A stretch of DNA of 33,227 nt from a virus. Taxonomy: Duplodnaviria > Caudoviricetes. The stretch spans positions 1-33,227 of the IMG/VR virus record IMGVR_UViG_3300042326_001226; one strand, 5' to 3'. The notes beneath the pieces were generated by a model that was given only the letters and a program-made list of their open reading frames with translations, did no database searches and had not been told where the DNA came from. Shown in pieces: positions 25,646 through 33,227 of this stretch (position 1 is the stretch's first letter; every line of letters begins with the position of its first letter). Position numbers and translations under genes: made by a program.

Positions 25646-25673
25646 AAAAGCAGGGTAGTTTTTTCATCCAACT

Positions 25674-25877
25674 ATGAGAGTCTCTTGGCTTCCCTGCAAC
25701 AGGCCTAGCCTTGGCATTTGGATTACCAAGGCGATAGTCACTTCGTCGTGGACGGATGTGTCTACGGGCAGGCGCCACTACGGCCAGTATTCCTTTACGG
25801 GGGGTGGCTACTGGTCCTGCACCATAGGCTTCTGGCGCTGGAAGCTGGAGATACGACAAGCAAGTAGGGTTGCTTAG
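25674..25877 (+). CDS. Hypothetical Trp-rich protein
   Basis: Fills the gap between the TerS-like gene and TerL on the same strand. Confidence 0.5.
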   Translation: MRVSWLPCNRPSLGIWITKAIVTSSWTDVSTGRRHYGQYSFTGGGYWSCTIGFWRWKLEIRQASRVA

Positions 25878-25880
25878 CAT

Positions 25881-27494
25881 ATGGCCATAGTCTGGGAACC
25901 CCACAAGGTGCTGAGGCCGCCCTCTAGCGAGGAGCTTGCGGCAATGAAGCCGGAAGAGGTGCTGAGGCTTCACGATGTCTACCATTCGGCCATTGCGAAT
26001 AGCAGACGCGACCCCTACCGCTATGGGTGGGACCTACCCCATTGGAAGAAGGCGGAGGAGGTGATGGCTAGGCGTAAGACGCTCCTGTTGCTCGGAGCCA
26101 ACCGTAGCGGCAAGACAATGTTTGGGGCCAAGACGGTGGTGAGGGCGGCGCTGGAGAACGAGGAGAGCCTCCTGTATTGCTTCAGCCAGAATCAGGAAAC
26201 GTCCATTCTGGTGCAGCAGAGTGCCGTCTACACCTACCTGCCGGTGGAGCTGAAGAAGAAGGCCACGGAGGAAACCCACTACATCAGCTATTCGATGCAG
26301 AATGGCTTTGCGGGGAACAGCTTGGTGCTGCCCAACCGCAGCCGCATCATCTTCAAGACGTACAGCCAGTATCAGCAGAACCAAACCATCCTTGAGGGTA
26401 TGGAGCTTGGGAGCTTGAGCCCCAAGTGGACGAACGTTGGGGCGTGGTGCGACGAATACCTGATGGGGATGGAGATGCTGGACCGGCTCTACCTGCGTCT
26501 GGCCACCCGTGGGTCCAAGCTCCTGCTGACGTTCACCCCCAAGGACGGCACGACGGAGACGGTGCGCTACTACTTGGACGGGGCCAAAACTGTTGAGTCG
26601 AGGCGGGCCGAGCTGCTACGGAACGTGGAGGTGCCCTACCATCAGGAGAACGAGCCCAAGAACACGGGCATCGTCTACTTCCACAGCAAGGACAACCCTT
26701 GGTCTGGCTACGAGAGCATTGCAGAGCAATGTCGGGCCAAGGGTGACGACGCCTACACGCTCACTGCGGCCTATGGCGTGCCCACCAAGACGCTCACGAC
26801 ACGCTTCCCGGGCTTCTCCATTGAGGTGAACGTCATTGAACCGGAGAAGGTGCCCAAGAAGGACTGCACCCACTTTATGGTGCTGGACCCGGCGGGGCGC
26901 AAAAACTGGTTTATGTGCTGGATTGTGGTCGATCCCAGCGACACTTGGTACGTGGTAGCCGAGTGGCCGGACATCAACGTGGGGGAATGGGCCGAGATGC
27001 GGGGCGGGAAGTGGATGAACGGCCCCGGTGCCAAGGGATTGGGGTATGGCATAGGCGACTACGTGGCTCTGATTGGCCAGATTGAGCAGGACTTGGGACT
27101 GAAGCCTCTTGAGCGTCTCATCGACCCGCGCCTAGGAGCCCAGAAATATCAGACTCAGAACGGCGCCTCGTCCATCATTGAGGACTTGGGCGACAACGGA
27201 CTGGTGTTTGTGCCAGCCCCGGGGCTGGACATCGAGGATGGGCTTCAGGCCCTGCAAACCAAGATGGCCTACGACCGGAAGAAGCCGATGGATAGCATCA
27301 ACCGGCCCCGCATCTACATCAGCAATCGCTGCCAGAACATCATCACAGCCATTCAGGAGTACACGGCTGAAGGCGGGCTGGACGAAGCGTGGAAGGACCC
27401 AGTGGATGTCCTTCGATATGCTGCCATAGCCGACATCCGGCACATTTCACCCGGCCAGATGGCCATAACCCGCCCTAAGAATGCATTCTACTAA
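25881..27494 (+). CDS. terL: Terminase large subunit
   Basis: Walker A GANRSGKT, Walker B AWCDE, motif III LTFTP, nuclease LDPAGRK and KDPVDVLRY. Confidence 0.92.
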   Translation: MAIVWEPHKVLRPPSSEELAAMKPEEVLRLHDVYHSAIANSRRDPYRYGWDLPHWKKAEEVMARRKTLLLLGANRSGKTMFGAKTVVRAALENEESLLYCFSQNQETSILVQQSAVYTYLPVELKKKATEETHYISYSMQNGFAGNSLVLPNRSRIIFKTYSQYQQNQTILEGMELGSLSPKWTNVGAWCDEYLMGMEMLDRLYLRLATRGSKLLLTFTPKDGTTETVRYYLDGAKTVESRRAELLRNVEVPYHQENEPKNTGIVYFHSKDNPWSGYESIAEQCRAKGDDAYTLTAAYGVPTKTLTTRFPGFSIEVNVIEPEKVPKKDCTHFMVLDPAGRKNWFMCWIVVDPSDTWYVVAEWPDINVGEWAEMRGGKWMNGPGAKGLGYGIGDYVALIGQIEQDLGLKPLERLIDPRLGAQKYQTQNGASSIIEDLGDNGLVFVPAPGLDIEDGLQALQTKMAYDRKKPMDSINRPRIYISNRCQNIITAIQEYTAEGGLDEAWKDPVDVLRYAAIADIRHISPGQMAITRPKNAFY

Positions 27495-27879
27495 CCTAGT
27501 GTCCTTCAAGGACCTTGCGGATGAGCTCAAGATTAGCCGTTTTGAGCTGGCCCGCATTCGAGACGAGAAGCTCTCCGACGAAGAGCACACCACCATCCAA
27601 GGCAAGAAGTGGTTCACTCAGGAGGGGGCGGAGAAGGTGCGCTTGGCTGTGGCCGTACCCTTGGCCGTGCCCAAGCGCATCCGCTTGCGGGCCGTCAAGG
27701 CGGCGCCCAACCCCCATTGGATTTACTGCATCCCTGAGACAGGCCTTGGGGACAAGGTGTTGGTGGCCGTGAAACCGAGCTGGTGTGATAGGCTGGTGGG
27801 CAAGCTAATCAACGTAGATGTCATCGAAGACGCCAATGGCGGCAAAACCTACCGGCACGAAACCCTCGGAGGAAAGTGA
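27481..27879 (+). CDS. Hypothetical protein with N-terminal HTH
   Basis: VSFKDLADELKISRFELARIR. Confidence 0.65.
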   Translation: MHSTNLVSFKDLADELKISRFELARIRDEKLSDEEHTTIQGKKWFTQEGAEKVRLAVAVPLAVPKRIRLRAVKAAPNPHWIYCIPETGLGDKVLVAVKPSWCDRLVGKLINVDVIEDANGGKTYRHETLGGK

Positions 27880-28072
27880 CCTGTCACTTTGCCCTGAGTG
27901 GCAGGCTGAGCAGGTGGACCGGCTGTTGGGCTTTGAAATCCTGACGCGAGCGTTGTCAGCCTGCTACCAGCCAGTCTCCCCTGAGCTGCTGGGCGACAAG
28001 CTTGGGGTGGGCAAGGGTTTCTCTAATCGCATCATCGTAGACATTAAGCGCAGGTATTCCTATGGAAAATGA
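27818..28072 (+). CDS. Hypothetical protein (start uncertain)
   Basis: Bridges to the portal gene, with an HTH-like C-part (SPELLGDKLGVGKGFSNRII). Confidence 0.45.
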   Translation: MSSKTPMAAKPTGTKPSEESDLSLCPEWQAEQVDRLLGFEILTRALSACYQPVSPELLGDKLGVGKGFSNRIIVDIKRRYSYGK

Positions 28073-30137
28073 CACTCAAGAGGCCTTGACGTATGTAAGC
28101 GCCAAGCCCGACGTGCTTGCGCTGAAGAATGCCTACGACCGCACGGTGAACGATTTGGCGTGGTATCTGTCGTCCACCCGCGACAGCTATGACTACCGAC
28201 GCAACATCTGGCCGAACAAAGCAAAAGACCTGCGTAAGTGGGGCCCGGACGCCTTCCCCTTTGAAGGAGCCTCGGACACGGAGGTGCCCCTCATTGACCA
28301 GTTTATCAACACTTACGTTGCGCTGTGTATGTCGGCGCTGTCGCGGGCAAACATCCGCGCCTACCCGGTAGAGCTGGGCGACCTTCAGCGGGCTCGGGTT
28401 ACCTCTGCCTTCCTGAAGTGGATGGTGGCGGCGTACATCCCTGACTTCAAGCGCCAGATGGAGCTGGGGGCCAACTACCTCTTTGAGCGTGGCATTATGG
28501 TGAGCTACGTGGGGTGGCAGAAGGAGGACCGCACGTTCCGTCAGCGGGTGGAGCTGGCGCAGATTGCTCAGGCCAGCCCCGACTTGGCGAATATGATCGT
28601 CGAGGGCAAGGTGGACGACCAGATTGCCATCCTGCTCACCCAGCAGTTTAAGGGCGTCACGGAGAAGCAGGCCAAGGTGGCGGTGAAGGAGCTGCGTAAG
28701 ACTGGCACGACGGAGTTGTCTGTGGTGCGTCAGTCGGTGAATGGCCCGGTGGTGAACGCCCTAGCCCCTGACGGAGATGTGTTCTTCCCGGCCTACACCA
28801 CCGACTACCAGAAGGCCCCGTATTGCTTCCTGCGCGTCCTGATGTCGGCCCAGCAGCTTGAGAACAAGGTGGCGACGGAGGGCTGGGACTCCGACTGGGT
28901 GGACAACGTGATGGCCCAACAGCCCGTCTCCATCGACCTCACCGACCCCCGTACCAACACGGAGACCAATCGCTCGGCTCAGCAGATGACCAACGAGCTG
29001 TACGAGGTCATCTATGCCTACCAGCGGATGGTGAAGCGGGAGGATGGCTCGCAGGGCATCTACTGCACGGTGTTCAACCAGAAGTGGACGGGGCGGGATG
29101 GTGAGCCCAAGTATGCCAAGTTTGAGCTTCTGAACGGCTACGACGACTATCCCTTTGTCGTCACCAAGCTGTTTGAGGACAACAAGCGCCTGTACGAGCT
29201 GGCGACGGTGCCGGAAATGCTGCGTGGCCTGCAATGGGCCATCAAGGGCGAGCGGGACAGCCGTTCCGACCGCAACAGTATGGCGACCATCCCGCCCCTG
29301 CTCTACCCCGTGACGGGTCAGCCGCCCACGGACTACGGCCCGGCGGCCCGCATCCCCTATCGGCGGATGGGTGAGATTCAGTTTGGGCCTACGCCCCCGT
29401 ACAACCCGGGTAGCGTGGAGCTGGAACAGACGATGCTCCAGCAGGCGAACACGATGATGGGGCTGGATCACGAGAATCCGATGTCCCGCATCCGTCAGCA
29501 GCACTTCGTGGACAAGTTTTTGCACCACGTTCGGGATGTCATCCGGCTGGCCTTCAAGTGCTACCAGCGTTTTGGCCCCGAGCAGGTGTTCTTCCGCGTC
29601 ACGGGCGTGTCCGATCCCCAGCGCTTCAGCCGTGGCGACCCGAACGAGAACTTCGACATCGTGGTCAACTACGATGTGCTGGCCGCTGACCCAGAAAACC
29701 TCGAAACCCAGCTCAATCAGTTTGTGAGCTTGGTCCAATTCGACCGGAATGGCCGCATCAATATGGACCGGATGCTGGAAGTGATGGCCTCAGCCGTCAA
29801 TCCGGTGCTGGCCGATGCCGTTCTCCAGCCTGCCGAGGAGGCCCAGCAGCAGATCGTCAAGCAGGTGACCGACGACCTGTCCAAGATTTACGCTGGCATC
29901 GAGGTGGGGGCCCGTCCGAATGGCGCTCAAGTGGCTATGCAGACCATCCAGCAGTATTTGCAGCAGCCGGACGTTGGTCAGCGCTTCCAGCAGGACAAGC
30001 CGTTCCAAGACCGGCTCAACAAGTACATGCAGCAGTACCAATTCCAGATGCAGCAGATGCAGAACGCCCAGATTGGGCGGATTGGTACGGCTCCCGCCCA
30101 GATGGGCGACGTAAGCACGCAGGGCCTTAGCGCTTAA
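28062..30137 (+). CDS. Portal protein
   Basis: 691 aa between TerL and scaffold, with FPFEGASD and YPFV motifs and a Q-rich C-terminal helix as in P22-like portals. Confidence 0.85.
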   Translation: MENDTQEALTYVSAKPDVLALKNAYDRTVNDLAWYLSSTRDSYDYRRNIWPNKAKDLRKWGPDAFPFEGASDTEVPLIDQFINTYVALCMSALSRANIRAYPVELGDLQRARVTSAFLKWMVAAYIPDFKRQMELGANYLFERGIMVSYVGWQKEDRTFRQRVELAQIAQASPDLANMIVEGKVDDQIAILLTQQFKGVTEKQAKVAVKELRKTGTTELSVVRQSVNGPVVNALAPDGDVFFPAYTTDYQKAPYCFLRVLMSAQQLENKVATEGWDSDWVDNVMAQQPVSIDLTDPRTNTETNRSAQQMTNELYEVIYAYQRMVKREDGSQGIYCTVFNQKWTGRDGEPKYAKFELLNGYDDYPFVVTKLFEDNKRLYELATVPEMLRGLQWAIKGERDSRSDRNSMATIPPLLYPVTGQPPTDYGPAARIPYRRMGEIQFGPTPPYNPGSVELEQTMLQQANTMMGLDHENPMSRIRQQHFVDKFLHHVRDVIRLAFKCYQRFGPEQVFFRVTGVSDPQRFSRGDPNENFDIVVNYDVLAADPENLETQLNQFVSLVQFDRNGRINMDRMLEVMASAVNPVLADAVLQPAEEAQQQIVKQVTDDLSKIYAGIEVGARPNGAQVAMQTIQQYLQQPDVGQRFQQDKPFQDRLNKYMQQYQFQMQQMQNAQIGRIGTAPAQMGDVSTQGLSA

Positions 30138-30345
30138 GGGCGTCCCAGCGCTCCTTGACGGCCTTGTAGTTGGCCTGCTCCAGTATGTCGTCGATGACGC
30201 AGATGCGTCCGGCGAGCTGCTGGAGCGTCTCCGTGGGCCGGTCGTGGAGCTGGGCAATCCAGCCCTCCCGGACGTTGTGCAGGGAGGTTAGGAACTCAAC
30301 GAAGTGCTCGTTGTTCTGAAGGATTTCTAGGGACTTAGGGCTCAT
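30127..30345 (-). CDS. Small helical protein in antisense orientation between portal and scaffold
   Basis: MSPKSLEILQNNEHFVEFL...LQQLAGRICVIDDIL resembles the small post-portal proteins of podoviruses. The ORF track lists no competing + strand ORF here. Confidence 0.7.
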   Translation of the reverse strand: MSPKSLEILQNNEHFVEFLTSLHNVREGWIAQLHDRPTETLQQLAGRICVIDDILEQANYKAVKERWDALKR

Positions 30346-30538
30346 AAAGGGATGCCCAAGCGGGGCTCCAACCCGCATCTTCGCCACACCCCCGATTGGC
30401 CATTCTCCGGCTGTTGGAGCCGGAAGTCCGGTGGGCCGCTAGCGTCCTAGCAGGCGAAATGCTATGCCTTGCACCATTGGGCAGGCGCAAAATGGCGGAG
30501 GATGACTAATTAAGTCAAGTACGGAAAAGCTATGCTAG

Positions 30539-30581
30539 CATCCGCCCCATCGCAGTCGCCAAGGCGCAAAGATGGCGGATG
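30539..30581 (+). promoter_or_regulatory. Leader hairpin of the scaffold gene
   Basis: Stem CATCCGCC/GGCGGATG ends 4 nt before the ATG at 30586. Confidence 0.5.
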
Positions 30582-30585
30582 AAAT

Positions 30586-31656
30586 ATGTCAGAAGTCGTA
30601 ACGTCCGACGCGGGGGACGCTAAACCTGCCGTGGAAACCAACAAGCCAATGACGGACAAGGATTTCCTGTCCTCCCGTATTGCCAAGCTTACTGGCAAGC
30701 AGCCTCCCGCTGCTTCCAAAGAGCCTGAATCGGTTCCTCCGAAGGAGCCCGAAGCCAAGGAGCCCCCGCAAGAGGGTGAACCCAAGGCCGAGGCCGCTCC
30801 CCAGAAGGAAGTTCTTTCAAAGGAAATTGAGGACCTCACAGATGAGGAGATCGCGGAGCTTGCCCAGAAGGGCAAGAGCGGGTTGCTCAAGCGGATTGCT
30901 GAGCTCACGGCCAAGCGCAAGCTAGCCGAGGAGAAGGCAGCCGCGCTGGAGTCTGCCATTGTGCAGGCCCGGCAGCAGCTCCCTGACGCCAAGGTTGAGG
31001 ATAACCCCTACGAGTCGATTGCTACCGTCGAAGACCTTCAGAAACAGAAGGAAGAGGTGGATAGCTTCGTCGAGTCGGCAGAGGACATCCTTTTCAAGGC
31101 GGAGGACTTTGGCCCCAACGACGTTGTTTACACAGCGGAAGACGGCAAGGAGTGGACCAAGGTGCAGGTGCGCGAGATGCTCCGAAACGCCCGTCGTCGC
31201 CAGACCAAGTACATCCCGGCGCAGTATAAGGAGCTTCAGCTCCGAGCGCAGCGTCAGGGAATGGAGCAGCAGTTCAAGACCTTGGCCAAAACCGAGCTGT
31301 CTTGGATGGATGGCGAAGACAACGATGTGAGGAAGCGGTATGAGGCGATGGTCAATGACCCGCGCCTGCAACAGGCCAAGCGTCTTGTGCCTGAGATCGC
31401 CCCGCAGATTGAGTATCTGGTGGCTCACGCCGCCAACTCCATCTACGGGCGCCGCGAGCTGCCAATGGACGGCAAGTCCAAGGGCGTAACGCTTAATCCT
31501 CCCTCGTCCCCCGCCTCCACGGCGGCTGCCCCGGAGCGTCCTGAAAACCGCTTCGACCGGCAGCTCAAGGACATTGAAAGCCGATACAAACAAACAGGAA
31601 GCGCCAACGACTTCATCGCCCTCCGTGCAGCTCAACTCTCGAAACGTAAATCCTAA
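30586..31656 (+). CDS. Capsid scaffolding protein
   Basis: Acidic/Pro-rich N-terminus and coiled coil (LLKRIAELTAKRKLAEE), directly upstream of the major capsid gene. Confidence 0.8.
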   Translation: MSEVVTSDAGDAKPAVETNKPMTDKDFLSSRIAKLTGKQPPAASKEPESVPPKEPEAKEPPQEGEPKAEAAPQKEVLSKEIEDLTDEEIAELAQKGKSGLLKRIAELTAKRKLAEEKAAALESAIVQARQQLPDAKVEDNPYESIATVEDLQKQKEEVDSFVESAEDILFKAEDFGPNDVVYTAEDGKEWTKVQVREMLRNARRRQTKYIPAQYKELQLRAQRQGMEQQFKTLAKTELSWMDGEDNDVRKRYEAMVNDPRLQQAKRLVPEIAPQIEYLVAHAANSIYGRRELPMDGKSKGVTLNPPSSPASTAAAPERPENRFDRQLKDIESRYKQTGSANDFIALRAAQLSKRKS

Positions 31657-31662
31657 TTAGTT

Positions 31663-32643
31663 ATGTCGTTCTCCAACACCTACGATACCACCTCGCCCGG
31701 CAGCGCGGCCCTCAACCGTGAGGACCTCCACGACGCCATTAGCACGCTGGCTCCCAGCGAAACGCCGTTCCTCAGCTCCGCTGACAAGTTTAAGTGCAAC
31801 GCCACCTTCGTTGAGTGGGGCGTGGACAAGCTGTCCCCTGTCGTCACCACGGCGGTGAGCGAAGGCGCTGATGTCACCGACTTCGACGACAAGTTTGAGT
31901 CCGTGGCCCGCCTTGGCAACTACGTCCACAAGCGGCGCCGGTCCTTCCGCGTGTCCGATCTCCAGCAGGCCGTCTCCTCGGTTGGCCCGCAGGACATCGC
32001 CCGTGCGGAGATGAAGGCCGTCAAGGAGCTGAAGCGTGACGTTGAAACCGTCCTCCTCGGCACGCAGGATCGTGCGGCTGAGAACGGTGGCGGCACGGCC
32101 TACACGATGCGCGGCCTCGGTGACTGGATTGATTCGGCTGGCCCGGGCGAAGTTCCTGTTGACTATCGCACCCCGTCCGGCTCCATCCACAGCTCGGGCA
32201 CGTTCAATGAGACGGTGCTGAACAACCTCATCACCTCCATCTACCGCCAGAACGGTTCGACCAACAGCCTCACGCTGCTGGCTGACACCGCCCTGCGCCG
32301 GGTGGTGACTGACTTCGCCCGTGCGGACGCCACCACCGGCGCCCTCCGTCAGTACAATGCCAACAGCTCGTCCGGCCTCATCAAGCTGGCGGTTGGCCAG
32401 TACCAGTCGGATCACGGCATCGTCACCATCGTGGATATGAATCCCGACACCGCGCCGGACACCACCAACAAGGACACCGGCTACCTCATCAACCCCGACT
32501 TCTACGCGGTGGGTGAGCTCATTCCGCTCGGCTCTACCCGCCTGCCGAACCTCGGCGGTGGCGAGCGCGGCTACGTTGACTGGACCGGCACCCTCAAGGT
32601 GGCGCATCCTGCCGCTCACGGCAAGATCACCGTCCTCAGCTAA
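31663..32643 (+). CDS. Major capsid protein (SU10 MCP / DUF5309-like)
   Basis: NREDLHDAISTLAPSETPF, EWGVDKL, KELKRDVE, YQSDHG and HPAAHGKI. Strong codon bias. Confidence 0.9.
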   Translation: MSFSNTYDTTSPGSAALNREDLHDAISTLAPSETPFLSSADKFKCNATFVEWGVDKLSPVVTTAVSEGADVTDFDDKFESVARLGNYVHKRRRSFRVSDLQQAVSSVGPQDIARAEMKAVKELKRDVETVLLGTQDRAAENGGGTAYTMRGLGDWIDSAGPGEVPVDYRTPSGSIHSSGTFNETVLNNLITSIYRQNGSTNSLTLLADTALRRVVTDFARADATTGALRQYNANSSSGLIKLAVGQYQSDHGIVTIVDMNPDTAPDTTNKDTGYLINPDFYAVGELIPLGSTRLPNLGGGERGYVDWTGTLKVAHPAAHGKITVLS

Positions 32644-32667
32644 ACCCTAACCAAGGAAACTACTACA

Positions 32668-33114
32668 ATGGCTAAAGTTACTGTTAATGAGGGTAGCGTC
32701 TTCACCGACTACGTTCGTCTGGACTACAATGATCTGATCGCCATCGGCAACGGCGGCACCCGGGTCATTGCCCAGATTCCGGCGCACGGTGCGGTGGAGC
32801 TGGTCGGTGTTGCCAACACGGTGGACATCGCGGGCTCCAGCACGCTGGTCATCGACGTTGGCACCACGCTGGCTGACCCGGATGAGTTCATCAATGCGCT
32901 CGACGTGGACGCGATGACGGTGCCGGTGTTCAACAATGGCGACCAGTACACCGCTGGCACCGCGACGAACACCTCCGGCCTCACGCAGGCGGTCAAGCAG
33001 TCGGCCTCGGCGGCGGACATCTACATCAAGGTGACGGATTCGGCTGTCGCCTCCCTGACCGCTGGTGAGATCGTCATCGGCCTGCGGATCATTGATCTGG
33101 CGAAGTTCAGCTAA
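32668..33114 (+). CDS. Putative capsid decoration/cement protein
   Basis: Beta-rich 148 aa (IDVGTTLADPDEFI, LTAGEIVI) immediately after the major capsid gene and before a terminator. Confidence 0.6.
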   Translation: MAKVTVNEGSVFTDYVRLDYNDLIAIGNGGTRVIAQIPAHGAVELVGVANTVDIAGSSTLVIDVGTTLADPDEFINALDVDAMTVPVFNNGDQYTAGTATNTSGLTQAVKQSASAADIYIKVTDSAVASLTAGEIVIGLRIIDLAKFS

Positions 33115-33136
33115 GACCACACTCGGCTGATAGAAT

Positions 33137-33171
33137 GGGGGCGCATCCTAGGTGGGTGCGCCTCCTTTTTT
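33137..33171 (+). terminator. Rho-independent terminator after the capsid genes
   Basis: Stem GGGGGCGCATCC/GGGTGCGCCTCC (with G-U pairs) followed by T6. Confidence 0.75.
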
Positions 33172-33227
33172 ATGCACATCATCACCAAGCTGCCCGGGGA
33201 AGGGGCTGTGAAGGACGCCCTGATCCG
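33172..33227 (+). CDS. Start of a hypothetical protein, 3'-truncated
   Basis: MHIITKLPGEGAVKDALI... is open to the window end. Confidence 0.45.
   Translation, partial: MHIITKLPGEGAVKDALI

Noticed and set aside
25643-25666. Possible terminator after the TerS-like gene
   Set aside because: The stem is almost all A-T (TGAAAAA/TTTTTCA), too weak to call.
28761-29738. 325-aa - strand ORF
   Set aside because: Antisense shadow of the portal gene.
30121-30363. Recombination sites flanking the antisense gene
   Set aside because: Only a loose direct-orientation similarity (CTTAG.GCT...AAGGG...CCCA) was seen, which could not mediate inversion; no recombinase is present.
31657-32619. 320-aa - strand ORF
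   Set aside because: Mirror-frame shadow of the highly biased capsid gene.
1-33227. Stop-codon reassignment, DGR, intron or intein
   Set aside because: Genes tile tightly in the standard code; no reverse transcriptase or TR/VR pair was seen; DnaB, TerL and ThyX have normal lengths.

Overview
The window looks like most of a GC-rich, tailed dsDNA phage genome with podovirus-like architecture, opened in the tail region. From left to right it contains: (1) a + strand late block (1-12268) with a secreted Ig-domain protein, an overlapping spanin-like pair, a holin-like gene, small basic proteins, Gly-rich and tail proteins, and three probable internal or ejection proteins; (2) a - strand replication and nucleotide block (12272-20151) with a metallophosphoesterase, an HNH-type nuclease, a DUF6378-like protein, DnaB helicase, a PD-(D/E)XK exonuclease, two HTH paralogs, ThyX, an i-type-lysozyme-like protein and an SSB-like protein, preceded by a structured leader of about 470 nt; (3) a hairpin-dense control region (about 21100-21700); (4) a C-rich + strand probable early module (21709-24740) encoding an amidoligase and a class II glutamine amidotransferase; (5) a + strand packaging and head block (25118-33227) with TerS-like protein, TerL, portal, scaffold, major capsid and a decoration-like protein. 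I recognised no DNA polymerase, primase, RNA polymerase, integrase, tRNA or CRISPR array. The Ig-domain style and SD-less starts weakly suggest a PVC (Verrucomicrobia-like) host. All family assignments come from motif recognition by eye; no searches were run.
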